The notes beneath the pieces were generated by a model. It was not told the DNA's origin. It worked only from the letters and a program-made list of their open reading frames with translations, and ran no database searches. Of a DNA stretch of 64,000 nt, positions 29,490 through 37,903 are shown one piece after another. How positions within the stretch are numbered: the first letter of the stretch is position 1; each line of letters opens with the position of its first letter. The position numbers and the translations under genes are program-made. The stretch lies in the IMG/VR virus record IMGVR_UViG_3300028591_000169, positions 15,414-79,413 of that record; one strand, given 5' to 3'. Source of the stretch: a virus. Lineage: Duplodnaviria > Caudoviricetes.

Positions 29490-31022
29490 TTAAGCCTGAA
29501 GGATAGCGGGGATGAGGGAGACGCAACGGGTCGGATCGAGAACGACCAGACCGAGCGTAGCCTTGTAGTGGACCACCGCGGAATCCTCGTCGTAGGAAGC
29601 GAAGTTGTTGTTCGTCTCGCCCGTGAACGGGTTGGCGAACGGACCCCACTGATAACCACGAAGTTCCGGCATGCCCTTCACCACGCACTTCTGCACATTC
29701 GGCTGGTCCTCGTCACCGGCATAGAAGATGTCGTAACGATAGGACTCGGCAGTACCGCCCAGCGGATGCATGATCTTGTTGGTCTGGAGATCGTCCTTGC
29801 TGGAATCGATCATGACGGTGACCTCAAGACCGTTGGAAGAAACCCACTTCGTGACCTGAAGGTCGGCGATGGTAGCGGCGTTGCCGTTTGTGAAGTTGGT
29901 CTCCGGGCCCTTGGTGATGTAGGACGGGGCGGAAGCAGAATAGATAGGCATCCAGCCAGACATCTCACGCTTCGCGGCCTTGGAGAACTGATCGGCACCA
30001 TGCTCACCGGTACGAACGACGAACTTGCGGTTCTTGAAGTCCAGACGACCAGCGGAAAGACCCATCAGGGCATCCGTCATGAGGTCGATGGAGAACTTGT
30101 TGTAATACATCATGTTACCCTGAGCCTGCTGCTGGCGGAAGCCGAAGCCCTGCTCATTAGGCAGACCGGAGATACCGAAGTTGGAAATCTCACCATTCTC
30201 GAAGCGGGTGGAGACACCGCGGTCAAGAGCATTGTTCTTGTACTCGGCCCAGGTCTTCTCGATTTCCCAAGTCACGTTGTAAATCCAGCGATCAACAGTG
30301 GTGCGCTGAATCTTGCCGTTGACTTCCTTGGTGATAGGGATGCGGCAGGCGAGACGCTTACCGAGTTCACGACCACCGATCTTGTGCTGAAGACGGACGC
30401 GGCTCCAACCCTGACGCATGGAAACGGGGGCGGAGAAGCGGACATCACCGACCTTGCGGGAGAAGTCCTTCTCGATAGGAGCGTAAGCCCAGCTGAAGCG
30501 CTCACCGGCAAGCAGACGCTCGACGGGAATACCGTTGGCCATGTGAGCACCGAACGGCTCGACAAGATAAACGGTGTTGGTGCCTTCGGCGTGACCAGCC
30601 TCCTTCACGATAACGGGATAATCTTCGTTGTAGTTGCCCCACAGAACTTCGCCGAGAGCAAACCAGTCGGTCTGGAAAACGAGATAGAAAGGTTCGAAGC
30701 CGACGCCGACATTGTCGGTGCTGATGCTCGGATCAACCTTGGTGCCGTCACAACGACGGGCTTCGACGAGCGGGATAGCCCGGCGGGAGTTGGACGCGAT
30801 GTTCCAGAAGAGATCGGAGTCGTCGTCGTACTGACGCACGGGAACCTCGCGGGACAGATAGGTGTCGAGAGTCGGAAGCTGCATCTGACTCATGAGGACA
30901 ACCATGATGTCACTGGCCATCTGAGGGTTGGAGCGGAAGATGTTATAAAGGTGATTGTCCTTCGTAACGGTTCCGCGCCAAGCGGTGATACCAGTCATAG
31001 CGTTTGTTAAAGGTCCTGGCAT
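29490..31022 (-). CDS. Major capsid protein, 510 aa
   Basis: crAss-type MCP motifs (TKDNHL..IF...PQ, G+PVERLLAGERFS..YAP+E, SYDEDSAVVH); strong C-ending codon bias; follows the scaffold-like gene. Confidence 0.9.
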   Translation of the reverse strand: MPGPLTNAMTGITAWRGTVTKDNHLYNIFRSNPQMASDIMVVLMSQMQLPTLDTYLSREVPVRQYDDDSDLFWNIASNSRRAIPLVEARRCDGTKVDPSISTDNVGVGFEPFYLVFQTDWFALGEVLWGNYNEDYPVIVKEAGHAEGTNTVYLVEPFGAHMANGIPVERLLAGERFSWAYAPIEKDFSRKVGDVRFSAPVSMRQGWSRVRLQHKIGGRELGKRLACRIPITKEVNGKIQRTTVDRWIYNVTWEIEKTWAEYKNNALDRGVSTRFENGEISNFGISGLPNEQGFGFRQQQAQGNMMYYNKFSIDLMTDALMGLSAGRLDFKNRKFVVRTGEHGADQFSKAAKREMSGWMPIYSASAPSYITKGPETNFTNGNAATIADLQVTKWVSSNGLEVTVMIDSSKDDLQTNKIMHPLGGTAESYRYDIFYAGDEDQPNVQKCVVKGMPELRGYQWGPFANPFTGETNNNFASYDEDSAVVHYKATLGLVVLDPTRCVSLIPAILQA

Positions 31023-31072
31023 AATGCTATAAAGTTTGGTTAAACAAAAGTTTTTCTAATGGCCTCCGGCTT

Positions 31073-32215
31073 CTATCCCATGTCCACTTTCCATCCACCA
31101 TCCAGCAGGTTCTCATTGCTGATACCCGTGCCGGACATGTACTTCAGTGAACCATCGGAATCGAAAGCCGAAGAGTTAATCTTTCTTTCAAGTTCACGGA
31201 TGCCCTTGTTCTTCTCGGCGATTACCTGCTGTTTGGACAGACCGCTGAAATCCTTTCCGCCGTTGGTCAGGACGAACCACATCCCGATCTGCTTGAGGAA
31301 TTCCATCGGATTCTCCTTCTGGAACTTCTGAACCTGCGTGAGCAACTGACCCGTATCAGGGTCCTTGTACACCGGTTTAGATACTGCATCGAAAACGCTC
31401 TGTCTCGTCTTCTTGTCCAGTTTGGTTTCGCCAAGAACAATGTCATCTTCAAGAATCATCTTACGGAACTTCGCCTCATCCTGCTGACGAGCCTTCTTCA
31501 TGTTCTCAGTCTTTTCCTTCGCTTCCTTCTGGATCTTGTCATAGCCATTCTGATAGAAGGTACGCAGGGCCTCAAGAGCATCTTTCGCATCCTCGATGTC
31601 GCTTCCGGACTTGAAGGACTTCTCCACTTCCTTCGTTGCCTTTTCCTGCGAATAGCCACGGTTGAGAAGGTCGTTGAAGATAAGCTGCTTACGCAGGTTC
31701 TCTCCCTGTTCGCCCTCGTCGGAAATCGCTTCATCGTTCACGGAGCCGAGATAGGCGAGCGTCTGCTCGTACATCTTCACCGTGTCAGGAGCGACTCCGT
31801 TCCCAAGAGCCTGGTCAATCCTTTTCTGCCTTTCGTCCATCTTGGACTGAATGGCCTTTTCGAAGAGCTCGCCGAATGCTTCCGGCGTAGTGACCGAAGA
31901 TAATTCTTCGTCGCTGAACTCGGGAAAGATGCCATCATTCTTCAGAGCAGTGGCTATGGAAGAATAGATGGATGGAGAAGAACCATCACCCTGGGGACTG
32001 ATGGCATTTTCCTCGTGTTCCTCTTCCTGACCTACTTTCTCCGAAGAACTTTCGTTCTCCTCGGTCGGCGTTTCTTTCTGTTCCTGTTCTTCCTCCGCAG
32101 GTTCTTCATTAATTTCCTGCAAAGGTTTCGTCTCATCAAAGAGCTTCTCGGCTTCCTCCGGAGAGAGAAGTCCGCTTGCAAAATCAAAAGTAAATTCTTC
32201 CATTTTGTTCTCCAT
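31073..32215 (-). CDS. Acidic scaffold-like protein (crAss gene 77-like), 380 aa
   Basis: Very acidic, flexible N-terminus with coiled-coil character; immediately upstream of the MCP. Confidence 0.65.
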   Translation of the reverse strand: MENKMEEFTFDFASGLLSPEEAEKLFDETKPLQEINEEPAEEEQEQKETPTEENESSSEKVGQEEEHEENAISPQGDGSSPSIYSSIATALKNDGIFPEFSDEELSSVTTPEAFGELFEKAIQSKMDERQKRIDQALGNGVAPDTVKMYEQTLAYLGSVNDEAISDEGEQGENLRKQLIFNDLLNRGYSQEKATKEVEKSFKSGSDIEDAKDALEALRTFYQNGYDKIQKEAKEKTENMKKARQQDEAKFRKMILEDDIVLGETKLDKKTRQSVFDAVSKPVYKDPDTGQLLTQVQKFQKENPMEFLKQIGMWFVLTNGGKDFSGLSKQQVIAEKNKGIRELERKINSSAFDSDGSLKYMSGTGISNENLLDGGWKVDMG

Positions 32216-32225
32216 TTGGTTTGCA

Positions 32226-32285
32226 CAAATTTATCGAAAGGCGATAATGAAATTACCGCCATAAGCATTTCGCTTGGCGGTAATT
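32226..32285 (-). promoter_or_regulatory. -7 box TAAATTTG (32226-32233) with an upstream inverted repeat AATTACCGCC...GGCGGTAATT (32251-32285)
   Basis: Both elements read directly from the sequence, just ahead of the scaffold-capsid operon. Confidence 0.55.
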
Positions 32286-32315
32286 AAGAATGTTATTTAT
32301 TGTAAAATGAATCAG

Positions 32316-32699
32316 TTACATCCGAACGATTTCAACAGTTATTCCGTGAACAGCCTGCATCAGTTTCCACTTAAGACGAAATCCTTCTGTCAGAGGGGCC
32401 GTCTTCCCTTTTACATCAACCACGTGCTCCTTGCCTGTTTTCGTCTCAACATACACAAAATCAGCAAGATAGTGAGTCGCCTTCTGAATAGAATACTTGA
32501 CCTGCTTGGTCTTCGTCTTCAGCTGGACAGTCCGTTCTCCCCATACGGCAGGAATGATCTCATACGGCACCTGCATACGAAGGTTGGATATCTCGCCGTT
32601 CTCCTGTAACTGTTTCAGATACAAGTAATAATTTCCTTCCTTAGTCGAGATGAATTTAATTCCATCATAGACAATCGGCTTATTATGATACTTGCCCAT
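32316..32699 (-). CDS. DUF1064-like PD-(D/E)xK nuclease, 127 aa
   Basis: KYHNKP..YDGIKF.S..E and YLADFVY...VVDVKG motifs. I chose the start at 32699 (MGKYHNK) because the longer track ORF overlaps the LRR gene and a TAACTTTG box lies at 32723-32730. Confidence 0.7.
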   Translation of the reverse strand: MGKYHNKPIVYDGIKFISTKEGNYYLYLKQLQENGEISNLRMQVPYEIIPAVWGERTVQLKTKTKQVKYSIQKATHYLADFVYVETKTGKEHVVDVKGKTAPLTEGFRLKWKLMQAVHGITVEIVRM

Positions 32700-32727
32700 A
32701 GGAAATAACAATAAATAGCTTGCAAAG

Positions 32728-33957
32728 TTATTCAAGTATCTTATTGAGATTCCATCCGCTAGGGACACCACTCGGTGAATCAGCTTCCCATATTTCTGAG
32801 TCCTTAGGCACGGTTATATAGCCCCAACTCGCGACGCCATATAGCCAATTCCCAGTGCTCGTAGGTGTTTTAGTTTTAACATGACATTCAATAGAGTGAA
32901 TACTAGAACATCCATAAAACATTCTTGCAGCTGAGTTATTAGAAAATGATTCAGCCAAAATCTTCGGAGCCGTATGTAGACTTGTACATCCTTCAAACAT
33001 GCCATAATATGCTTCGTTATTGACTTGCTTGGCTTTTAATTCCTTGGGTCCCCACTTGAGATTTGTACAATTCTTAAACATTTCCTTATAACAACCATTA
33101 AAGGCATAATCAGAGTTAAGATTAGGCACTTCCGTCAAACCAGTGCATCCCTCAAACATACCGTGATAACAATAAGAACGAGCATACTTGGCAGGGAGCG
33201 TAGGTACATATGTAATGTGAGTGCAACCAGCAAACATTTTGGCATAAGCCATGGCATCCAAATCCTTTAACGGCAAAACAAGTCTTTTGTCATTACGAAA
33301 ATATAAGTATTGTCCAACGCCATGAAATAGTTTTGCAAATGTACATGATTCGGTGCTAAAAGAGTTATGACTTACTAAAAAATCTTCGCCGCAAATAAGT
33401 GACATAATATTACCATATACATATACAGCTTTATTCGTCTTAAAATACGACGCATAATACTCGTCATCATAATCTTCTCCGTATGATTTATTTTTTCCTC
33501 GTATATAAAGCTTTTCGCCAGTGTTAAGTGTTGCAAGCAAAGTTTCATCTTCACTAGATTTTTTTGTTGTCCAGTTTATACAATCAGTTGAGACCTCAAT
33601 TGTTCTATTGACTTCATATTCATCCTCTTCATCATCTTCATATGTTTCAGCAACAAAATAAACAGGTGTCGAATCTCCGACTGCTTCAAATGTAAGATAT
33701 TCTTTCTGGGCAACGGCATCTAAGATATCATCTGCCGTAAGAGATTCGGGTTTGTTCTTAATATAATCAGGCGCATTCGGGTCACTCTGTTCCCAATCGG
33801 CCTGTGGGAAATCGACAGGAGAATCGCCTCCAGAAATATTAACCCATTCCCCATTCTGGAATTTCTTTAGCTCGGTCCCATTAAGCCACAGATCGTTCTC
33901 ATTCGGAGCACCGGGGCTCTCGACTATTCGTTCAATTACTTTTTTCATGTTATTCAA
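32728..33957 (-). CDS. BspA-type leucine-rich-repeat virion/fibre protein, 409 aa
   Basis: Repeats of the form Y..MF.GC..L...P; short N-terminal fibre-attachment-like segment; AT-rich coding sequence. Confidence 0.7.
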   Translation of the reverse strand: MNNMKKVIERIVESPGAPNENDLWLNGTELKKFQNGEWVNISGGDSPVDFPQADWEQSDPNAPDYIKNKPESLTADDILDAVAQKEYLTFEAVGDSTPVYFVAETYEDDEEDEYEVNRTIEVSTDCINWTTKKSSEDETLLATLNTGEKLYIRGKNKSYGEDYDDEYYASYFKTNKAVYVYGNIMSLICGEDFLVSHNSFSTESCTFAKLFHGVGQYLYFRNDKRLVLPLKDLDAMAYAKMFAGCTHITYVPTLPAKYARSYCYHGMFEGCTGLTEVPNLNSDYAFNGCYKEMFKNCTNLKWGPKELKAKQVNNEAYYGMFEGCTSLHTAPKILAESFSNNSAARMFYGCSSIHSIECHVKTKTPTSTGNWLYGVASWGYITVPKDSEIWEADSPSGVPSGWNLNKILE

Positions 33958-33958
33958 A

Positions 33959-34405
33959 TTATTTAATGATTTTTAGAATAGGCAACCAGTATTTTCTAAA
34001 TATCCATAGAAGGCTTAGAATAAGACCAGCAAGAAGCCACCAGAAAGAGTTAATCTTCATCTTCTGACCGATTGTCAACTCGCGCTCGACCTTCTTTTCT
34101 ATGGTAGTCGTATCATGAACTTCGCGGATGCTTATGCTGTCACGCCAGCGATCACGGAAGACATATCTGTCTTTGTACTTCTCAATATAGACCGTATCGC
34201 CTTTCAACCATTCACGGATGTAAATAGAATCGCGTGTAATCAGCGTATCACGATGATGGACATCTTGATAGACATACTCCACCTTTATCTTTTCTGCGAT
34301 CTCAGGGGAACAACCGGGGAGAGCCTGAAACGAACACAATAAAATAAACACTAATAAAATACTAATGCCTCTCCCCGGCTTCCCTAAGTGCAGGCTATTG
34401 TCCAT
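33959..34405 (-). CDS. Spanin-like lipoprotein (candidate unimolecular spanin), 148 aa
   Basis: Hydrophobic signal with a lipobox-like LPGC, a beta-rich middle (DTLITRDSIYI, DTVYIEKY) and a C-terminal TM (FWWLLAGLILSLLWIF); last gene of the lysis cassette. Confidence 0.6.
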   Translation of the reverse strand: MDNSLHLGKPGRGISILLVFILLCSFQALPGCSPEIAEKIKVEYVYQDVHHRDTLITRDSIYIREWLKGDTVYIEKYKDRYVFRDRWRDSISIREVHDTTTIEKKVERELTIGQKMKINSFWWLLAGLILSLLWIFRKYWLPILKIIK

Positions 34406-34506
34406 CCTTCAAAACCTAAATTGACAGATGCAAATTCGTATGCGGCGGCGTAATCTTCGTATGGCCCGAAGCATCTCTCATCACTTGTAATCACCCAGTA
34501 GTTCAT
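34384..34506 (-). CDS. Small 40-aa ORF (MNYWVITSDERCFGPYEDYAAAYEFASVNLGFEGWTIACT)
   Basis: Hand-translated; its ATG overlaps the HNH stop codon (ATGA). Confidence 0.4.
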   Translation of the reverse strand: MNYWVITSDERCFGPYEDYAAAYEFASVNLGFEGWTIACT

Positions 34507-35051
34507 GCCATCACAGAAGAATAAAACGCAAAACCATATCCGCCAGTAGTCTTCATCTTATTATTACAACAACGAGATATACTTGACGAATTCAACCCAG
34601 TCTTCCTTGCGGCTTCTCTTGCAGAGCCATAAATTTCAACAAGATTGCCTAAAGAGTCATATTGCGCGACAGCCTTCCTACTCGGATAAGTTGCTCTTAA
34701 AGTTTCGACTGAACGAGAATGCGTTGTCCCATAAAGCAGATTATCGCGGACACTACACCACTCAAGATTATCTACGCTATTATTCTTTCTATCGTGATCA
34801 AGATGATTGACCTGAGGAAGATTATCGGTATTATCCAAAAAAGCATCGGCAACCAAACGATGTATATAAAACAATTTTCGTTTCCCCTCTCCATCGCACA
34901 AGGCAATGGAAAGATATCCATGGCCATTATCATTAGGAACGAGATTCCTAATATGATTACCGCCATTGTACCGAAGGCTTCTTATATTACCAAGACTACT
35001 AATCTGGTATTTACCTTCGTATCCAACTATATCTTTCCAAATCTCGCTCAC
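34503..35051 (-). CDS. NUMOD4-HNH-NUMOD1 homing endonuclease, 182 aa
   Basis: EIWKDIVGYEGKYQISSLGNIRS (NUMOD4), IHRLVA...VNHLDHDRKNNSVDNLEW (HNH), C-terminal NUMOD1-like helix; GTG start overlaps the endolysin stop. Confidence 0.9.
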   Translation of the reverse strand: MSEIWKDIVGYEGKYQISSLGNIRSLRYNGGNHIRNLVPNDNGHGYLSIALCDGEGKRKLFYIHRLVADAFLDNTDNLPQVNHLDHDRKNNSVDNLEWCSVRDNLLYGTTHSRSVETLRATYPSRKAVAQYDSLGNLVEIYGSAREAARKTGLNSSSISRCCNNKMKTTGGYGFAFYSSVMA

Positions 35052-35485
35052 CTTACAATAAGATTCTTCGTTTCACATCTCTGGCTTCCTGTAGAAGAAT
35101 ACAATCCGATATGTACCCACTTTGTTCTTCCTTGTGTCTCAAATAGAACCTGATCAAATTTGATTCTGTTTTTAATGAGCCAATCTTTTACAAACTTTCC
35201 GAACTCGTCAATTTTACCATTAGTGGGCTGAATATCGACAGCATATCCAAGACGGTGAGCCGATGTAGAAACGCCTCCGACAGCACGATTCAGGGCATCA
35301 CACCTATACCCAGAAGTAACCTTAAGCGGACTACCCCAGGCAATACGAAGCGGCTCCAATATCTTGCTTGTGAGCTCCGTCAAGTGTTCAACAACGGAGA
35401 AGGACGGAAAATTATCTATCCTTCTACTCGTAGCAACATCGGACGAGCATAGCTCCTTCAGCGAGAAATACTTGAAATCAGCCAT
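35048..35485 (-). CDS. Endolysin, peptidase M15 family (L-Ala-D-Glu peptidase type), 145 aa
   Basis: YFSLKEL, SGYRC..LNRAVGG...SAH..GYAVDI and WVHIG zinc-ligand motifs. Confidence 0.9.
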   Translation of the reverse strand: MADFKYFSLKELCSSDVATSRRIDNFPSFSVVEHLTELTSKILEPLRIAWGSPLKVTSGYRCDALNRAVGGVSTSAHRLGYAVDIQPTNGKIDEFGKFVKDWLIKNRIKFDQVLFETQGRTKWVHIGLYSSTGSQRCETKNLIVR

Positions 35486-35931
35486 TACTCCTCCGCTTTC
35501 GTGAACTGGCCCTTGTCATTGCGGGCCTGATTGGATGCATTGATGCTTCTCCGGCTCGGGACCACATCGGGGCGAATCTCGCGGACTGCATCACGAAGTT
35601 CTTCATTTTCTTTCCGCAACCGGCTGTTCTCATCGCGGAGCTCCGCCACCTCTTTTTTTAACGCTTCGTTTTCATCCTTGACCGCAGAGACATCTTCACG
35701 CAAGTCCTTGATGTCGTCCTTCAGGCTGTTGATGGTAGACTGATAGACTTCATCAATCATCTTGCGGATATTCTCGATCTGGGCATTCTTGGCCTCCTCG
35801 ACGGTCTTGTCGGCTTCAGCCTTACCCTGCTTGACGCGTGACTTCACTGTCAGTATCCTGACGAGCCAGCCACCAGCAATGATGACGGCTATGATGTCAA
35901 CGATAATTCTAAAGATGTCCAACTTTTCCAT
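35485..35931 (-). CDS. Holin/antiholin-like membrane protein with a coiled coil, 148 aa
   Basis: One N-terminal TM followed by a long heptad region; directly upstream of the endolysin. Confidence 0.5.
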   Translation of the reverse strand: MEKLDIFRIIVDIIAVIIAGGWLVRILTVKSRVKQGKAEADKTVEEAKNAQIENIRKMIDEVYQSTINSLKDDIKDLREDVSAVKDENEALKKEVAELRDENSRLRKENEELRDAVREIRPDVVPSRRSINASNQARNDKGQFTKAEE

Positions 35932-35948
35932 ATAGAACAGTTTTAATG

Positions 35949-36365
35949 TTATTCTTCAAGTATCCCGCAGTCAACAAGGATGGCGATCTGCTCGAGGTTG
36001 ATTTCCTCGCCCTGGATAGAAGCGACGAACTTGTCCATTTTCACAGACTTAATTGACACTTCCATTTCAGTCTCATCCATTTTCTCAAGGATAAGATTGG
36101 TTTCATCAACCGCCTTGAGGTAATCGTCATGGCCTTCGATGGGCTGCTTTTTCTTGCGAAGTTCAATTACGGCATTGCGTTCTTCCTTCCAGTCCTCCTG
36201 AAACTTCATGACAAGCTCCTGCTTGTCTGCCTCAACATCCTTGACAATCTTGCGGAGTGCGAGATAGTTCATAAGAATGCCACCCTTGACATCAGAATCG
36301 GGAATCTTGCACAGTTTGATACCAGCAAGAATGTCCACGAGCGCTTTGATTTCGAAATACTTCAT
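35949..36365 (-). CDS. Hypothetical protein, possibly a tail-fibre chaperone, 138 aa
   Basis: Helical ORF downstream of the tail-fibre genes. Confidence 0.4.
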   Translation of the reverse strand: MKYFEIKALVDILAGIKLCKIPDSDVKGGILMNYLALRKIVKDVEADKQELVMKFQEDWKEERNAVIELRKKKQPIEGHDDYLKAVDETNLILEKMDETEMEVSIKSVKMDKFVASIQGEEINLEQIAILVDCGILEE

Positions 36366-36370
36366 ATAAC

Positions 36371-36580
36371 TTACTTTATTCCACCGTTTTCTTTTATGGT
36401 CTTTTCGATAGACTTTGCAGCGCGATAAATGACATAACCGTTAGCCACGAAAAGAAGACCGGCAATGACATCAAGAATGTGTTTTGTTTCAACAGCCCAA
36501 ACTGCGGCACATGTAACGACAGTCATAAGACCATAAATAAACAGAGCTCCGACGAGCAAAAACATTTTAGATGATTTCAT
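36371..36580 (-). CDS. Two-TM small membrane protein (holin candidate), 69 aa
   Basis: Two hydrophobic helices and a charged C-terminus; close to the lysis genes. Confidence 0.5.
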   Translation of the reverse strand: MKSSKMFLLVGALFIYGLMTVVTCAAVWAVETKHILDVIAGLLFVANGYVIYRAAKSIEKTIKENGGIK

Positions 36581-36591
36581 ATCTCAGATAA

Positions 36592-37881
36592 TTAACTTGC
36601 CGTAAATGTGAATGTGCCGAACCTTCTATTATTACCAGGAGTCGCAGTAACATCAAGTTGTATCGTATAACTCTGGCCGCTGATAAATGAAGGAATATTT
36701 TCAAAGTCATTGCCTTCTCCGCAGGTCATTGTTACGGACACGGAAGAAGCGTTAGTAGGAACCAAAACGGGTTTTTGACAAGAGTCGACCGCAGAACCGC
36801 CAACAAGTATATTTGCAGTAAGAGTACCGGAACCACGTTCAGTAGTTCCAAGTCTCTCAACATCAAATGTGGCAGTCACAACATTATTACTACATGTTGC
36901 ACCAGAAGGCGTAAGAACAAGGCCAGTGACGCTGGTAATAAGATTCACATTCACTCCGATAGCGCCAGGTAAAGCAATAGGAGTATAACTGGAAAGGATA
37001 CTGTCTGAGCAGTCGATCCAATACTGAGAAAGATCCTGCGTACCAAGTCTGTCAAGAGCAATGCCGCTAGAAGATGAAGACCTGAGAAGGACGATAGTTG
37101 CAGTAAGACCAGTCTGCGCACTTGTCCAAGGAGAAGCTGTCGGATGATTACTATAAACCAATTTGGTCATATCAACCATCCATGTTCCGCTCGTATAGGA
37201 ATTCTGATAATACAAAGGGCGAGGAGCATGATTGGGATCATCTTCGAAACCAAGAGCGGTAATATATCCGTCAATGATTATGCACGGATACATTTCGGCC
37301 AACGCCGCCTGCTTATTCTCGCTGGCAATCAGAATATCAGACAAGTCGACACCGGTTTGATTTGATTCGGAATATCCGACTGTGATCCCGGTAATCCCGT
37401 TTACGGAATCATAGTAACCAGTAATAGTCCCAGCAGAATTAAAGGAGGCGTAAGGATTAGGAACGGCATTAGAACTGTATCCGTCCCAGTCATGAAAACG
37501 GAATGCTTCTCCCTGAGAAAAGCCACGAGGCGGAAGATATGTGAAATCAGAATCGTGGATATTATCCCAAGTAGCGGTGTCTTGCGTAATTTGTACATCA
37601 GACAACTGAAGTCCGTAATAGATACCGGCATTATTGTCTATTACAGTTCCTTTGCGCATTGCATCAGTAAGAATACCAAGATATGGGACCTTTGTGTTTC
37701 CGCTCATGGTATAATACCGAATAGGCTTATACTTTGCCCACTTGTTTATATTGGAACTCCGTTCAAGATTCCCGATATCATTGCTGTTGTCGGGCAGAAC
37801 AACCTGTGCGTCATTGATACTGATACCGGTATCCGGATTGGTACTGGTATCGATATATATCCGTGTTGATGTATGTGCCAT
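36592..37881 (-). CDS. Tail-fibre-associated protein, 429 aa
   Basis: The N-terminal motif NINKWAKYKP is characteristic of Bacteroidota phage genes that follow tail fibres; beta-rich C-terminus. Confidence 0.55.
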   Translation of the reverse strand: MAHTSTRIYIDTSTNPDTGISINDAQVVLPDNSNDIGNLERSSNINKWAKYKPIRYYTMSGNTKVPYLGILTDAMRKGTVIDNNAGIYYGLQLSDVQITQDTATWDNIHDSDFTYLPPRGFSQGEAFRFHDWDGYSSNAVPNPYASFNSAGTITGYYDSVNGITGITVGYSESNQTGVDLSDILIASENKQAALAEMYPCIIIDGYITALGFEDDPNHAPRPLYYQNSYTSGTWMVDMTKLVYSNHPTASPWTSAQTGLTATIVLLRSSSSSGIALDRLGTQDLSQYWIDCSDSILSSYTPIALPGAIGVNVNLITSVTGLVLTPSGATCSNNVVTATFDVERLGTTERGSGTLTANILVGGSAVDSCQKPVLVPTNASSVSVTMTCGEGNDFENIPSFISGQSYTIQLDVTATPGNNRRFGTFTFTAS

Positions 37882-37903
37882 AGTTATTCGTCCTTTATGT
37901 TAA

